This document shows, piece by piece, positions 11,757 through 25,415 of a DNA stretch of 64,000 nucleotides (positions within the stretch are counted from its first letter, which is position 1; every line of letters starts with the position of its first letter). The notes beneath the pieces were generated by a model that saw only the letters and a list, made by a program, of their open reading frames with translations, did no database searches and was not told where the DNA came from. The stretch spans positions 24,056,001 through 24,120,000 of the forward strand of contig NC_082709.1 of the NCBI RefSeq assembly GCF_030144855.1, read 5' to 3'. Source of the DNA: Hypanus sabinus. Its lineage: Eukaryota. The translations under genes were made by a program, and so were the position numbers.

Positions 11757-13190
11757 AGACCATAAGACCATATAGAGCAGAATTAGGCTACACTGCTTCA
11801 CCAGCCAATCATGGCTGATCCCTTTTTCCTCTAACTCAACCCCATTTCCCAGCCTTCTCCCCATAACCTTCAATGCCATGTCCAATCAAGAATCTATTAA
11901 TCTCTGCCTTAAATACACCCAAACACCTAGCCTCCACAGCTACACGTGGCAACAAATTCCACAAATTCACCACCCACTGGCTGAAGAAATTTCTCCACTT
12001 CTCTATATGGAATGAGTGCCCCTCTATCTTGAGGCTGTGCCCCCTTGTCCTGGACTCTCCCCCCCATGGGTAACATCCTTTCCATATCTGCTCTGTCTAC
12101 ATTCAAAAGGTTTAAATGAGCTTCCCCTTCATCCTTCTAAATTCCAGTAAATACAAACCCAGAGCTATTAAACGTTCCTCGTATGGTAACCCTTTCATTC
12201 CTGGAATCATCCTTGTGAACCTCCTCTGGACCCTCTCCAATGTCAGCACATTCCTAAGATGAGGAGCCCAAAACTGTTCACATACTCAAAGTGAGGCCTC
12301 ATCGATGCCTTATAAAGCTTCAGCATCACATCCTTGCTCTTGTATTCTAGACCTCTTGAAATTAATGCTAACATTGCCTTCCTCACCACCGACTCAACCT
12401 GTAAGTTAACCTTTAGGGTGTTTTGCACAAGGACTCCCAAGTCCCTTTGCTTCTCAGACTTTTGGATTTTCTCCCCATTTAGAAAGTAGTCCGCACATTT
12501 ATTTCTACTACCAAAGTGCATGACCGTGCATTTTCCAACATTGTATTTCATTTGCCACTTTCTTGCCCATTCTCCTAATCTGTCTAAGTCCTTCTGCATC
12601 CTACCTGTTTCCTCAACACTACCTGACCCTCCACCAATCTTCGTATCATCTGCAAACATGGCAACAAAGCCACCTATTTCAACATCTAAATCATTTATAT
12701 ACAGCTTAAAAAGTTGTCCCAACACTGACCCCTGCAGAACAGCACTAGTCACTGGCAGCCAACCAGAAAAGGATCCTTTTATTCGTACTCACTGCCTCCT
12801 GCCAATCAGCCAATGCTCTAACCATTTTAGTATCTTTGCTGTAATACCTTGGCCCCTTAACATGGTAAGCAGCCTCATGTGGGGCACCTTGTCAAAGGCC
12901 TTCTGAAAGTCCAAATATACAACATCCACTGCATCACCTTTATCTATCCTACTTGTAATCTCCTCAAAGAATTCCAATAGGTTCATCAGGCAGGATTTTA
13001 CCTAAAGGAAACCATGCTGATTTTGTCCCATCTTGTCCAGCGTCACCAAGTACTCCATCACCTTATCTTTAACAATTGACTCTAACATCTTCCCAACCAC
13101 TGAAGTCAGACTAACTGGTCTATAATTTCCTCTCTGTTGCCTTCCTCCTTCTCTAGCACCATGCCAGAGTCGAATGATTTTTGAAAGATC
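11757..13190 (-). mobile_element. CR1 LINE 3' half (RT domain to tail)
   Basis: ORFs 13002-13250, 12789-12986, 12243-12752: NYRPVSLTSVVGK, VYLDFQKAFDKVPH, QGSVLG, MFADDTK. Confidence 0.92.
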
Positions 13191-14189
13191 AACAGCTCCC
13201 AGCAAATCAACACCATCCAGAACACAGCAGCCCATGAACCACCTAAACACTCATTCCCTCCACCACCAACACAATTAACAAATTACATTACAGTTACTGA
13301 TCCAAATTACTCTACCACTACCTTACTGCAAGACCCTGGAATTCTTTCCCTTAACTCTTCTCTCCATCAAGCCACTTCTTTGGGAAGTATAGCTTTAATC
13401 TAGGTTTTAGAATATATGGCAGTGTCATTGTGTGCTTGATAATGCTCTTAATAACATCTGCACGGTTTTAAAGACTATAAAACATAGCAGAATTAAGCTG
13501 TTCAGCCCACCCAGTCTGCTCAATATTGATGCAACAGTACAATATTGTACATAACGTTAGTGAATATTCCTCAATGGAAATCTAGTCTAAAACTAATTCT
13601 TAAACGTGCGTCATAATGCACCTTTCCCCACCTTCAAATCCTCCATCTGGGTGAATGCAGTTTTGCTTATTTTGCTCGGGGCAGTACAGTATTTTGGAAA
13701 CTACTGCCCCTGATCAAAATGTCAAATCTGCCTGGTCATTGGCATGTGACAGTACAGTATCCAAAACTTCGAGTAAGCAAACTGTTCAGGCCTATGATAT
13801 ACATATACAATGCGCGGAATTCAATAAATTGAGGTTTCTGCGAGAAGGATTCGACCACGAATTTAATGTTTAGGCAAAGCTCTACCAGTAGCTCTGACAA
13901 TTTAAGATTCGAAGCGGCTTTTGTGGATCATTATATACAATTACAAAATCAGGAGGGTTATTGGGACTTAAATGTTGTGACTTTTGTATGATTTCACAGA
14001 GATTTACGTCAAGTTTACACTAACATTCAAACCAGATTAAATGGAATCCTAAAATCAAGGAATCAAACGTATAAAATCATTCTGTAAGTCTTCGGGAGAG
14101 CAGCAGTCACGTCCTGTTTTGTACCCGGTCCTCTGCGTTACTGGGAAACGCAAGGAGTTTACAAACAAGTGCAGCTGCTGCTGGAAGGT

Positions 14190-15020
14190 CAGTGACTACC
14201 CAGCGAATACGGACCAGGACCAGGACCACTTCAAGCCAAGGCCAGAGTCCGCAGCCCTGGAAACGGAGATCACCGGAGAGAGGAGCCGCGTCTGTGGTCG
14301 GTCACTCACCCGCTGTCCCGCATCACGCTGCTGTCCCCGCAATCGCAGGCCCCGCCCGCTTGACTCCGAAACATGTTGAAATCGTGGCCCGTGTGCTCCC
14401 CGGCGTTGAAACACTCGGCGCACAAGGACATGCACGGCGAGATCCCGCACGTCCGACACCGGTACGCCACGAAGTTGGCCGTCCACACCAAACCGCACAG
14501 GGTGGCGTTGTCATAGGCGCGCACCATTTTACAGAAGTCATCGAAGCTCTCGCCGCCGGCCATCAGGCACTTGCACCACTCGATCACTTCGGCCTCGGCC
14601 ACCGGCCTCTTGGGGCTCAACACACTGTCCAGCAGCTCACCGAGCAACTGGGCTCCTTTACCGTCCGACCGAGAGCACTCAGCCTTCAGCGAAGCAGCCA
14701 CACTCCGCTTGTCCCGGCGTAGCAACGGCACCGCCATGACGGCCGCCCCCCACCCCTCCCCCCTGGCTGGCTGATCCCTGACTTATTTTGTTCTTTGACC
14801 AGCGTCGCGCCCGCTCTCGCGAGATCCCGCGCCGCGCCGCGCCGCGCCGCCTCCGTTCCCGACTCGGCCCGGCCGCCGCCGTTTGAAGAGGCGTGATGGT
14901 GCGTGAGGTTCTGCAGATCCTGCACACCTGCCCTCCAAATAATTCCTCTCGCTCCAGGCCCCCTGAGTTTCTCCAGCGTTTTCTTTGAAGCGCCTGCTGC
15001 ATATCCTACGGCGGTGAACC
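14190..15020 (-). promoter_or_regulatory. CpG island / UBR3 promoter and 5' UTR
   Basis: High CpG density in an otherwise CpG-depleted window; perfect TCTCGCGAGA palindrome 14815-14824; (CCGCG)n run 14827-14850. Confidence 0.8.
14310..14737 (-). CDS. UBR3: E3 ubiquitin ligase UBR3, first coding exon (UBR-box zinc finger); rest of the gene lies to the left, no further exon recognised in the window
   Basis: LCGLVWTANFVAYRCRTCGISPCMSLCAECF..GEHTGHDFNMFRSQAGGACDCGD is the UBR3 UBR box; good Kozak GCCGTCATGG; donor GG|GTGAGT at 14309. Confidence 0.97.
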
Positions 15021-16572
15021 TTCTGAGGATTTGAGTTGTCCGGCTTTCACATGAAGATTGCAATAGATTAAGAAATGTGTATTGGGCTCCACATCAACCG
15101 AAAGTGTCTGTATACGGGAAATGGATAAAATTAAACATATGCATACGGAACTCTTCCTGTGGATTCTGTAGTGGTGCTTTGGTGTTGCTGTTGGATGAAG
15201 CAGAGAAAGAGCTGTCGACAAAATACCCAATTTGAAGGCTTTCAACTAACAGAGAAAGGTATAATAACGTATCATGTAAATTACGACATATAGTTACACG
15301 TACTTAAAGAAACAGTGTTGTACTGATGTACATGATGACGGCATTTGATACAAACCATCAACTATCTATATATCATCAGTTGACTACTAGCTTGAAAATA
15401 TAGAAACAATTATTTACAAAAGCATATTTTAATTGAAATGTACACTTATTTAGGTTCTTTCCCAACTGCAAACCAAATCTTTAACCTATATTGAACATCA
15501 TTACTGTATTTACCCGGGAACTGACTATTCATTTGGATCACTTCTTCAGGCTGACAGCTTAATATTTGATGCCACTTCCTGTCACCAGTGCCGTATTGAA
15601 AAGTTTAAAGCCCTAGCATAGTTTTGAACATAAACCCCAAAATGGGTTTATATATTTTGTCAGCTATCTTGTATCTACATTTATAGATCTATTCCATACA
15701 TGAATGAATAACTACAAACTCCACTCTGGGTGCTCAATACCGGGATCTTTTATCAATCCTGAAGTTTTACAAATTAAAACTTCTGACAACTTTCCCTTTT
15801 TGAATCAGTTCCAAGGCTCCCAAGTTTGAAATGTTTTCAGCCTGTCTTGTTGAAATCTGTTCAGCAAGAAGTTTTGGCTGGATGACTATCTGGGTGTCTT
15901 TGCTATTACCTAGCTCACGCTGGTGCTGCGCGGGAGGGGGAACTTTGGGGTTCTCAGGTTTAACTGTCGTGCATTCTTTGGGGCTCTTCTATTTTCGTGG
16001 ATGTTTTGCGAAGAAAGGGCATTTCAGGATGTATATTGTATACTTTTCTCTGACATTCAATTGGACCTTTGAACCTTTGAGTGGTTAATCCATCTTGGCT
16101 TCCTCCTGAAATCCCCACCGTCACATAAACCAGCTGTTGACTGATTCAATTCACTCTGCATGATATTAATAATAATCAGCTAAGATTATATGACTGAGGA
16201 AAAGCCAACAGCATTTTGGCACTAGAAATGAAGTGACTTGAAGAATCCATTCACTGACGTGCTTATTGCTGGTTTTTATTGTTTTTATTTTTGATTATTT
16301 CAGCTCTTTACTGCATTATTTTCATAGCAGATGCTGTGAAGGCAGCAAAGTGGAAAAATCCGGTAAACTCTCAGAAGGGAAGAATGAGTGACAAATGTAT
16401 AAAAACATATGTCTGATTACAGGAAAACTAATTGCATATTGATTCAAATAAATGAATCTAGAAATAATGTAAGTGAATCTACTATTAGTATTTACATGGT
16501 ATTGAAATTAAGTTGCTTAACATTTTGAGTCAAGTTTTATCTCACATTTGCTGAATTCCCTATAGAAATATA

Positions 16573-17108
16573 CACTCAGTAGCAAGTTTATAGTTCCTCC
16601 TGTACCTAATAAAGTGGCCACTAAATGTATGTTCATGGTCTTCTGCTGCTGTAGCCCATCCACTAAAAGGTTTGAAGTTTTGTGCACTCAGAGATGCTCT
16701 TCTGCACATCACTGTTGTAATGTGTGGTTATTTGAGTTACTGTTGCCTTCCTGACAGCTTGAACCGGTTGGGCCATTCTCCTCTGGGCTCTCTCATTAAC
16801 AAGGCATTTTCACCCAAAGGAATGCTGCACACTGGATGTTTGTTTTTTCTTGACACTGTTGGGCATGAAAATCCCAGAGGAGCAGCGGTTTCTGAGATAC
16901 TGAACCGAGGCCATCTGGCACCTACAATCATTCCATGGTCCAAGTCACTTAGATCACATTTCCTCCCTATTCTGATGTTTGGTCTGAATAACAACTGACC
17001 ATATCTGGGTGTTTTTATGCATTGAGTTGCTACCACATGACTGGCTGAGTAGATATTCACATTAAAAAGCAGGTGTACAAGTGGACCAAATAAAGTGGCC
17101 ACTGAGTG
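16573..17108 (-). mobile_element. Internally deleted Tc1-family element retaining the transposase N-terminus
   Basis: TIR CACTCAGTGGCCACTTTATT at the ends; ORF 16737-17126 GRKCDLSDLDHGMIVGARWPRFSISETAAPLGFSCPTVSR is a Tc1 HTH domain. Confidence 0.85.
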
Positions 17109-17379
17109 TCTATGCATAATACACATGTATCAGATTTCCTTCCTACTGCTCCAAGGACTATGACCCAATCAAAACACAAGTATTTATTAATTTTATTAAT
17201 AGGCACACTTATTTTGCAACCCTATTCTGCGGGGGAGCTCAGGAACTGAGGTTGCTGAATCATTGCCCTGAGGAAAGGTTGAGAAGGCTCCTCTTGTGAA
17301 ACATTTTGCATACTTTTTTGTGATTTCCCCTGAAAGTCATTAGAAGATCATATTATTTATATCATTTCATCAAAAAAAC

Positions 17380-18030
17380 ATTATTATCAAAGGCCTAGGC
17401 CTTTGTCGCTGTACACAAACCTGAGATTAATTTTCTTGCAGGCATTCAGTGTAAGTGCAAAGAAATGCAATAGAATCAACGAAAGTCTACACCCAACAAG
17501 ACGGACAAACACTAATGTGCAAAAGACAACAAGCTATGCAAATACAAAAAGAGAAATAAGATAATAACAATTAAATAAGCAATAAATATCCAAAACATGA
17601 GATGAAGAATGCTTGAGAGTAAGTCCACAGGATTTGGGAACAGTTGAGTGATGGGGTGAGTGAAGTTATCCTCCATGGTTCAAGAGCCTATGGTTCAGGT
17701 GGTAATAACTGTTCTTGAATCTAATGGTTTGGATCTTGAGGCACATCTTCCTGACTGCAGCAGTGAGAAAAGAACAAGGCCTGGGCGGTGAGGTTCCTCG
17801 ATGATGAATGCTGCTTTCTTGCAACAGTGTTCAATAGATGTCCACAGTGGTAGGGAGCACATTACCCGTGATGGACTGGGCTGTATCTACTACTTTTTGT
17901 AGGCTTTTCCGTTCATGGCATTGATGTTTCCATACCAGGCCATGATGCAACCAATCAATGTATCTCCACCACACGTCTGTAGAATTTGTCAAAGTTTTAG
18001 ATGACATGCTGAATCTTTGCAAACTTCAGA
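17380..18030 (-). mobile_element. Rex1/Babar-type LINE 3' fragment
   Basis: RKSLQKVVDTAQSITG motif shared with the copy at 10496-10765. Confidence 0.75.
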
Positions 18031-18109
18031 TGTTTTTGCTGAACAGATTAGGCTATTTTCTTTTCTTTCCTTACTTACAATTCAGCAGTAGCAGTTTAAT
18101 CTCTTTAGA

Positions 18110-18660
18110 AACATGAGAAAGTCAGCAGACGCTGGAACTCCAAAGCAACAGACACAAAATGCTAGAGGAACTCAGCAGGTCTGATAGTGTCTATGGAAAT
18201 GAATAAACAACTGATGTTTTGGGATGAGACCCTTCTTCAAAACTGAAAAGGAAGGGGTGAAAAGTGAAGCCAGGTGGGCAGGAAAGATAAAGGGCTGGAG
18301 AAGAAGAAATCTGATAGGAGAGGAGAATGGACCATTTGAGAAAGGAAATGAGGAGGAGGCCCAGGGGGAGGTGATAGGCAGTTGAGAAGAGGCTGAGAGG
18401 ACAGAGTGAGGAATAGGAGGGGGAGGGACTTGTTTTTTGCTAGAAGGAGAAATTGATATTCATGCCATCAGGTTGGAAGCTACCCTAAAGTGTTGCTCCT
18501 CAACCATGAGCATGGCCTCATATTGGCACAAGAGGAGACCATATACCGACATGTCAGAACACGAATGGGAATCAGAATTAAAATGTTTGGCCACCAGGAA
18601 GTTCCATTTTTGGCAGATGGAGCAGAGGTGCTCATTGAAGCAATTCCCCAATTTATGACT
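18110..18660 (-). mobile_element. Penelope-like element 3' fragment (GIY-YIG endonuclease C-terminus plus terminal repeat)
   Basis: KLGNCFNEHLCSI...VAKHFNSDSHSCSDMSVYGLL..EEQH; terminal repeat CAAAATGCTAGAGGAACTCAGCAGG. Confidence 0.8.
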
Positions 18661-19429
18661 GGCACCTGTATATACAGTAACTCCCATCAGCATCTTTTTA
18701 CCTTTGCAAAAACCTATACATAATTGCTGAGTAAAAATCCAAGTTTATTATCATTGACATTTATCATGAAATTTCTTGTTTTGTGGCAGCAGTACAGTGT
18801 AATACATAAAATGTAATATAAATTATGTATTATTTATACATAAGTAAAATAAGTAGTAAAAAAGGGAGCAAAATCAAAAATAGTGAGGTAGTGTTCATGG
18901 ACCATTCAGAAATCAGATGGTGCAGGAGAAGTAGCTGTTCCTAAAGCATTGGGTGTAGATCTTCACCACCAACCCCTCCTTCCTAATAGTAGCAGTGAGT
19001 AAAGAAGTCCTGACATATAGAACTTCATCCCAAAGATAAATGATTACAGGGAAGGGAAGGAATAGAACTTCAGGCTGTCCAAAGAAATGCTTGTTATTAT
19101 CTATCTAATGTTGAGTCCCATTCACCTATTACCCATGTGGCTCTTGACTTGTAAAGGACACTAGAAATGGTTTTGCTAAACAAAGGGTGATATATTTGTA
19201 AATTGTAGTTGTAATCTCCTCCAGGCTTACAACCTTCTGGTGAGATCTGTATTTTTGTCTGCTTAAATATTTAAATATTCCACTTTTGACAGAAATACCT
19301 TCAGCTTTAAAGGCCTTAGATTTTAGAATCTCCTCCCTAAAGCTCTTTGTACCTTTACCACTTTGTTCTACTTTAAGATGTTCTTGCTCGTTTACTACTC
19401 TTTCAGGTATCTGCTCCAGGTTATTTTAA

Positions 19430-20985
19430 GGCTTACTGTTACTGGACAATAGCAATACCTATGTCAGATTGCTATTCATTGATTACAGCTCAGTGTTCAA
19501 CCATCACACCCTCAGTTCTAATCAACAAGCTCCAAGACCTGGGTCTTTCTACCTCCCTCTGCAACTGGATCCTTGACTTCCTTATCCAGAAACCAGAGAC
19601 ATCAAAAATAAAATCTCTTTCTCGCTGACAATTAACTCTGGCACACCTCAAGGATACCTGCTGAGCCCACTGCTCTACTCTCCCTACAGCCACAATAACT
19701 GTGGCTAGGCACAGCTTAAATACCATCCGTAAATGTGCTGACAATACAACCAGCATGAACATCCAACTCACAGACCTCCATTGATAACCCAGCCCCCCAC
19801 TTACCCCCATCCCTATCTATTATTTTAGTCTGGTTCTCTTTCTCTCTCTTTTCCCCCCTCACTATAATCTCCACCCAGCCCTAATTTTCTTTCTCTTTTA
19901 TTTCCCATAATTCTCCACCTTCCCCGTAGCCCATTTCCCTCCAGTCTATCACTTCCCAGCTCTCTGCTTCATCCCTCCCCCCACTTCTTATCCCCTCTCC
20001 ACCATCCCATGTTACTTCACTCCTGCTGAAGGGTTTCGGCCCGAAACGTCGTCACTAACTCCTCCCATTGATGCTGTCTGGCCTGCTGAGTTCTGCCAGC
20101 ATTTTGTGTTTTTTTAAAAATTTCTGACAATACAACTATTGTTTGCAGAATTTCAGATGGTGGTGAGGAAGCATACAGGAGTGAGATAGATCAGCTGGTT
20201 GAATGGCAGCAACAGGCTTGCACTCAACATCAGTAAGACCAAGGAATTGATTGTGGAATTCCAGAAGGGAATGTCAAGGAAAAACACACTACTCCTCACC
20301 AAGGGATCAGCAATGGAAAGGGAGAGCAGTTTCAAGTTCCTGGTTGTCAACGTCTCTGAAGATCTATCCTAGTATTGATACATATTGATACAATTACAAA
20401 GAAGTCACAACAGTGGTTATATTTCATTAAGGGTTTGAGGAGTCTTGGTGAGTCACCAAAGACTCTCACAAAATTTTTTACAGGTGTACCATGGAGAGCA
20501 TTCTAACTGGTTGCATTATCATCATCCGGTATGGAGGAGCCACTGCACTGGACTGTAAATAGCTACAGTAGTTTGCAAACTCAACCAGCCCCACCATGGG
20601 CACTAACCTCTCCAGCATTAAGGACATCTTCAAAAGGTGATGCCTCAAAAAGCTGTCAACTCTTCCCATTGCTAGCATCAAGGAGGAGGTAAAGAGCATG
20701 CCTCTTCTCTTGACTACCATCAAGGAGAATGTACAAGAGGCCAAAGTCACACACTCAGTGGATCAGCTTCTTCCCCACTGCCATCAGATTTCTGAATGAA
20801 CAATGAGCCCGTGGACCCTAACTCGCTTTTTTTCTTTTTTTGCTCGTTTTTAGCATTACTTAATACCATTTTTATATTTTTACTGTAACTTATAGCTACA
20901 GTTTTTATTATGCATTGCAATGTACTACTTCCACAAAACATCACATTTCACAAAATATACCATTGATATTAAATGATTCTGATTC
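19430..20985 (+). mobile_element. Rex1/Babar-type LINE interrupted by a Penelope-like insertion (19751-20123)
   Basis: RT motifs on both sides; 13-bp direct repeat CTGACAATACAAC at 19738-19750 and 20124-20136 flanks the insert. Confidence 0.8.
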
Positions 20986-21529
20986 CAAAAATTTCATTTG
21001 TTGAGCTTTCTGTGACTTACCCCTTCTACCTATGTTATTTTTGTTTTTTGAAGATTTTTATTTATTCATTTTCAGGTGATCAAGGCCAGCATCTAATGCA
21101 CATCCTAATCGTCCTTGAAAAAGTGGTGGTGAGCCATGGTCTTAGATCACTGCAGGTATTGTGTTCATAAGGTGCTGGTGCACAAATCTGATTGAGTAAA
21201 TACAATGAATTTTATAGGTTATGTACATTGTAGCTACTTAGTTGGTAGTGAAAGGAATAATGTTTAGGGTGATTGATGGGATGGCTGTCAAGTGGGCTGC
21301 CTTGTCCTGAATGTTCAGCTTCTTGAAAATGCACACATTTCTGACTTACACTTTGTTGCTGGTGTGCTTAGGATAAATAGATTCTGGAATACTGAGTATG
21401 TCCTTTCTTGCAACGTGGAAGGAAGCCTATCAGTCTTGTTGCAAAAGTCATGGGGATTTTTATATGCAGGTAAATTGGGGAAATCAGATTGGCACTGGAT
21501 TCCAAGAGAGAGAATTTGAAGAATACCTA

Positions 21530-21795
21530 TGAGATGTAAAAGAGTAAAAGAGAGGCAAGTGTAGATATTAGACTGCTGGAAAATGATGCTGGAGAGGTAG
21601 TACTGGGGTACGAGGAAATGGCAGATAAACTGATTAAATATTTTGCATCAGATTTCACTGTGGAAGACACTGGCAGTATTCCAGAAGTTCAAGAGTGTCA
21701 GGGGGTAGAAGTGAGTGCAATTACAGTGTTACTAGGAAGAAGTGCTTGGGAAATTTAAAGGTCTAAATACAGATAAGTCACCTGGGCCAGATAGA
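21530..21795 (+). mobile_element. CR1 ORF2 fragment
   Basis: Clearly similar to 11290-11540 (CTGGAAAATGATGCTGGAGAGG...GAAATGGCAGA). Confidence 0.75.
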
Positions 21796-22824
21796 CTACA
21801 CTCCCATCCACCTATTTGATGAATCCAAAGGAGCAGTAGAGACTGATACAGTTTGGCACCAGCAGCAGCGCTGGAATTGCCAGTGCGCATTCAACTCAAT
21901 ATAGGACTGCCTCAAGGACTCCAGCTCTGGATTTTTCCCATGAGGTTTACTTCCAAAGCCTTCCCCTTGAGTGGATATAGCCGCCAGGCAGTGGAGGTTT
22001 GAGATCAGAGATTTCCTTCTCCAGGATGAGCTGCCAATCATAGCTGAGAAGCCCCATCTGTCCAAAGGTCTTAGGAATACACTTAACATTTAACACCATA
22101 TTTGATGAGGTGAGTCCTTCCAATGGGGTCCAATGTTTTCTCACTAATACGTACAATGTTATATATTTGTGTTCTTGATCACCTGACATTTACCTTCTCC
22201 AGTGCAAAGAACTGGAATTTCACTTACATAGCTCCTAACAAAGTAGTGGTTATGCATTTGCTCTGATGAATAAAATAATATAAAACCCATTTGAGAGTCT
22301 GTCAAAAATTCACCATCTGAATGTTTATTATTGGGAGGTTTTTAACACCCTCCCAGGACAACACACTAAGTTCATGTTCAGGATATTTTCAACCTCAAAA
22401 GTCCAAATCGAAAGGCTATTACTCACAAAATAACCACACTTACTAAAACTGTGCTACTAAAAGGGCAATCACTCTGTTTTTTATCCTTGCATTTGTGACT
22501 TCTGTGATCTCAAATACAGGCTTACTCATGCTTCACTTCTGTAATTCAAGACCACAGCCACTCTCAGTTTCCTAATTGCAGGACTATTCTAGATCACTGC
22601 TGCTGATCTGAGCCACTTTTCAATTTGGTGCTTGCTGCTACATTACCTAACTCAATAGTCAAGAAGAGATAACACCATCAACTTGCTCCATATGAGTAGG
22701 GGAAGGGTATACAGTCAATTGCGTGCTTAGCAGCCTTCAGTGAGGTGAAGTGCTTTACTTAAGTAGTAAACTCTGGAACTTCCAGCTGGGAGTATTTGGC
22801 TGCATTTCTGGAGGGATACCACCC

Positions 22825-23975
22825 AGTCAAAAGGGTAAATAATTTCAAGTTTCTGGGTGTCAATGTCTCTGCAGATCTATCCTGGGCCCAGCACATCAAT
22901 GCAGTTACAAAGAAGGCACAACAGCAGTTATATTTCATTGGGAGTTTGAGCAGATTTGGTACGTCACCAAAAACACTTGCAAATTTCTACATGAGTACCC
23001 GTGGAGAGCACTCTGGCTGCATCACTATCCGGTATGGTGGGAGGAGGAGGGCACTACAGAACAGGATCGAAATAAGCAGTGAAAAGTTGTGCCTTCCTGA
23101 CATCCAGGATGTCTTCAAGAAGCAATGCCTCAAAAAGCGGCATCCATCATTAAGGATGCCCATCATCCAGGACTTGCCTTCTTCTCATTGCTACCATCTC
23201 TGAGGAGGGACTGGAGTCTGAAGGCATACACTCAACAATTCAGGAATAGCTTCTTCCCCTCTCCCAGCAGATTTCTGAATGGACATTGAAGCCATAAACA
23301 TCACCTCACTTTTTGCACCATGTATTTAACTTTATATATACATTACAGCTATGTAAGACCTTACTTAGACCCCCACTTGGAATACTGTGTTCAGTTCTGG
23401 TCACTACACAACAGGAAGGATGTGGATGCTATAGAGAGAGTGCAGAGGAGGTTCACAAGGATGTTGCCTGGATTGGAGAGCATGCCTTATGAGAATAGGT
23501 TGAGTGAACTTGGCCTTTTCTCCTTGGAGTGATGGAGGATGAGAGGTGTATAAGATGATGAGAGGCATTGATTGTGTGGATAACCAGAGGTGTTTTTCCC
23601 AGGGCTGAAATGACTAACACAAGAGAGCACAGTTTTAAGGTGCTTGGAAGGGGGACGTCAGAGATAAGTTTTTCACACAGAGAATGGTGGGTGAGTGAAT
23701 GCTCTACCAGTGTCTTTTAAGAGACACTTGGGTACATGGAGCTAAGAAAAACAGAGGGCTATGCAGTAGGGAAATTCTAGGCAGTTTCTAGAGTAGGTTA
23801 CATGGTCGGCACAACAATGTGGCCCATAATGTACTATAGATATGTATGTGTGTCTATATATCTATATAGACACACACAGTAATTAAAAATTTTTATTATG
23901 TATTACAATGCACTGTTGCCACATAACAACAAATTTCACTACATTTGTCAGTGATATTAAACCTCATTCTAATTC
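22825..23975 (+). mobile_element. Rex1/Babar LINE 3' end with a nested CR1 3' fragment (about 23348-23840)
   Basis: VKRVNNFKFLGVNVSADLSW (Rex); [30 protein letters not shown] (CR1). Confidence 0.8.
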
Positions 23976-24339
23976 TGGCTTCTTTGATAGCTTTCACATG
24001 CAGAAAAAACAGGCACTGTTAAGCACTGTTCTTAACCAGCTTGGTATAATCCACCATAGAAGGGTTTCTCCGCGTACCCCGGAAGCACTCTCCCACCCGA
24101 ATCCATATTTGTTCTTCCCCCATTGATTCAGTTGCAGATTTCCTCCAAGTGCAAGAGTTTTATTTATGTTGTACCATATCTCCTTAAAAGCTCACTGAAA
24201 GGACTGTCTTTGTCAAGTTAATTGCGACAGCGTGAGCTTGCACACAAAAATCAAACAACGCTGCTTGGCGAACCCCACCATTGCAATTTTGATCTTTATA
24301 GAACTTGAACATGTTGGTGATCTGCTTAACCTAATTTAA

Positions 24340-24526
24340 AGGCATTACAACAATTTCCAGTGTGTACCCGGTTTTAAAGTAACGCTTAGCGCATGCTCAT
24401 TAAGGACAGTAGTGCGGAAGTCGGAAATGTGAAATAAAATTTAAAAATAACAACGCCAGTAATTTTCATTGCAGGTCATCGACTAGTTCTTCTTCTTTGC
24501 CTCACGCAAATGCCGCCGGAACACAC
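24340..24526 (+). promoter_or_regulatory. Probable METTL5 housekeeping promoter
   Basis: GCGCATGC (NRF1-like) 24389-24396; tandem ETS-like GCGGAAGT/CGGAAAT 24414-24428; local CpG enrichment upstream of the first coding exon. Confidence 0.55.
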
Positions 24527-24887
<361 letters not shown>

Positions 24888-25199
24888 TAAATCGTTACTC
24901 TGGAATGGTCATTAAATCCCCATGTATTTATTTTCTTTAATAATGAGTGATGCCGCCGGTAATTGGCTATCCATCTTGGGGGCCTTACGTAGTTTAATCT
25001 CCCACGTGTCTATTGCTGTGCACAAAGCACATCTGATTGACCCTTCAGGCCTAAGTCGCAATGTACAGTATATTCATGCGTTGTGCCATTACTATACAAG
25101 TGTATTGATAAAGCACGAAAAGGTGGGAAGTAGGAAGGAATTGGCCATGTATCCTGATAAACAAAATGCAAATTAGAATTTTATTTATTTATACTTTAT

Positions 25200-25415
25200 T
25201 AGGAATTTAGTATGGCAACAAATACACTCAAAAACTTGTATAGTTGTACCATGGAGAGCATTCTGACAGGCTGCATCACTGTCTGGTATGGAGGGGCTAC
25301 TGCACAGGACCCAAAGAAACTGCAGAAGGTTGTAAATCTAGTCAGCTCCATATTGGGCAGTAGCCCTCAAAGTACCCAGGACATCTTTAGGGAGCGGTGT
25401 CTCAGAAAGGTGTTT
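25200..25415 (+). mobile_element. Rex1/Babar LINE fragment (METTL5 intron 1)
   Basis: LYSCTMESILTGCITVWYG...KKLQKVV. Confidence 0.75.

Noticed and set aside
1-14309. UBR3 exon 2
   Set aside because: No minus-strand segment continuing the UBR3 protein was recognised; the region is treated as intron 1
14192-14722. 176-aa plus-strand ORF and other overlapping ORFs at the UBR3 exon
   Set aside because: Antisense or alternative-frame shadows of a GC-rich coding exon; no recognisable domain
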